Source: Macrostomum lignano (Eukaryota). From it: a stretch of DNA of 64,000 nucleotides. The stretch spans positions 930,001 through 994,000 of the forward strand of contig NIVC01000040.1 in the NCBI GenBank assembly GCA_002269645.1, written 5' to 3'. A model generated the notes under the pieces. That model saw nothing but the letters and a program-made list of their open reading frames with translations. It did not search any database and was not told the origin of the DNA. This document shows, piece by piece, positions 62,900 through 64,000 of this stretch. Position numbers and translations under genes: made by a program. How positions within the stretch are numbered: the stretch's first letter is position 1; the number at the start of each line of letters is the position of its first letter.

Positions 62900-63020
62900 A
62901 TGGATTGCAGCGATGAGGCGGACAATGATGTCGATAAATCAACGACTAAACTACAGGGAAGATCTACCGTGAGGCTGCTTCAGCTGCCAGGCCAGTCAAA
63001 ATTGCGGAGTCGATCTCCAG
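62900..63020 (+). CDS. Second copy of exon 1 of the NR2E-like gene
   Basis: Matches 58276-58396, with the same GT donor. Confidence 0.8.
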
Positions 63021-63078
63021 GTGAATTACATATGAATCATTGTCTGTGTAACCTGTAGTAGTTTTAATTAGAATAGCA

Positions 63079-64000
63079 GCCTCGCAACTGTACAATTATA
63101 GTTTTATTGCCTATAGCCTCACACCTGTACAATTATAGTTTTATTGCCTAGCCTCGCACCTGTACAATTATGGTTTTATTGCCTAGCCTCACACCTGTAC
63201 AATTATAGTTTTATTGCCTAGCCTCACACCTGTACAGTTATAGTTTTATTGCCTAGCCTCACACCTGTACAATTATAGTTTTATTGCCTAGCCTCGCACC
63301 TGTACAATTATGGTTTTATTGCCTAGCCTCACACCTGTACAATTATAGTTTTATTGCCTAGCCTCACACCTGTACAGTTATAGTTTTATTGCCTAGCCTC
63401 ACACCTGTACAATTATAGTTTTTTTGCCTATAGCCTCACACCTGTACTATTATAGTTTTATTGCCTATAGCCTCACACCTGTACAATTATAGTTTTAGTG
63501 CCTGGCCTCACACCTGTACAATTATAGTTTTATTGCCTATAGCCTCACACCTGTACAATTATAGTTTTATTGCCTATAGCCTCACACCTGTACAATTATA
63601 GTTTTATTGCCTAGCCTCACACCTGTACAATTATAATTTTATTGCCTATAGCCTCACACCTGTACAATTATAGTTTTATTGCCTAGCCTAGCTCACACCT
63701 GTACAATTATAGTTTTATTGCCTATAGCCTCGCACCTGTACTATTATAGTTTTATTGCCTAGCCTCACACCTGTACAATTATAGTTTTATTGCCTATAGC
63801 CTCACACCTGTACAATTATAGTTTTATTGCCTATAGCCTCACACCTGTACAATTATAGTTTTAGTGCCTGGCCTCACACCTGTACAATTATAGTTTTATT
63901 GCCTATAGCCTCGCACCTGTACAATTATAGTTTTATTGCCTAGCCTCACACCTGTACAATTATAATTTTATTGCCTATAGCCTCACACCTGTACAATTAT
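63079..64000. repeat. 35/37-bp minisatellite in NR intron 1, copy 2 (longer)
   Basis: Same unit, continues to the window end. Confidence 0.95.

Larger units (their letters stand above)
60442..64000. repeat. Tandem segmental duplication B, copy 2 (runs off the window)
   Basis: Near-identical to the sequence from 54351 onward. Confidence 0.95.

Overview
Repeat-rich eukaryotic (metazoan) genomic DNA with GT-AG spliced genes, so most short ORFs in the supplied track are spurious. Gene content, intron-filling minisatellites and style suggest a free-living flatworm such as Macrostomum (inference only). In order: (1) a ~5 kb tandem duplication, each copy carrying an intronless RPS25 and a small membrane-protein ORF; (2) a spliced CH + single-filamin-repeat gene with a 14-aa repeat tail (minus); (3) a rearranged Ty3/gypsy remnant; (4) an intronless PAN/apple + C-type lectin gene; (5) several minisatellites and an interstitial telomere-like array; (6) a complete 7-exon DCTN2 (minus) head-to-head with an 8-exon Ser-rich orphan gene (plus); (7) a decayed gypsy pol between short direct repeats, interrupted by a 1.2 kb insert; (8) a 1.4 kb (TAGT)n array; (9) an intact 3.46 kb DNA transposon with 226-bp TIRs starting CACGG, a 4-bp TSD and a 680-aa RAG1/Transib/Chapaev-type transposase, which is the best candidate for follow-up; (10) a tandem duplication of the 5' part of an NR2E6-like nuclear receptor gene whose junction falls on a strong splice acceptor. 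All homology calls are from motif recognition by eye, not database searches.
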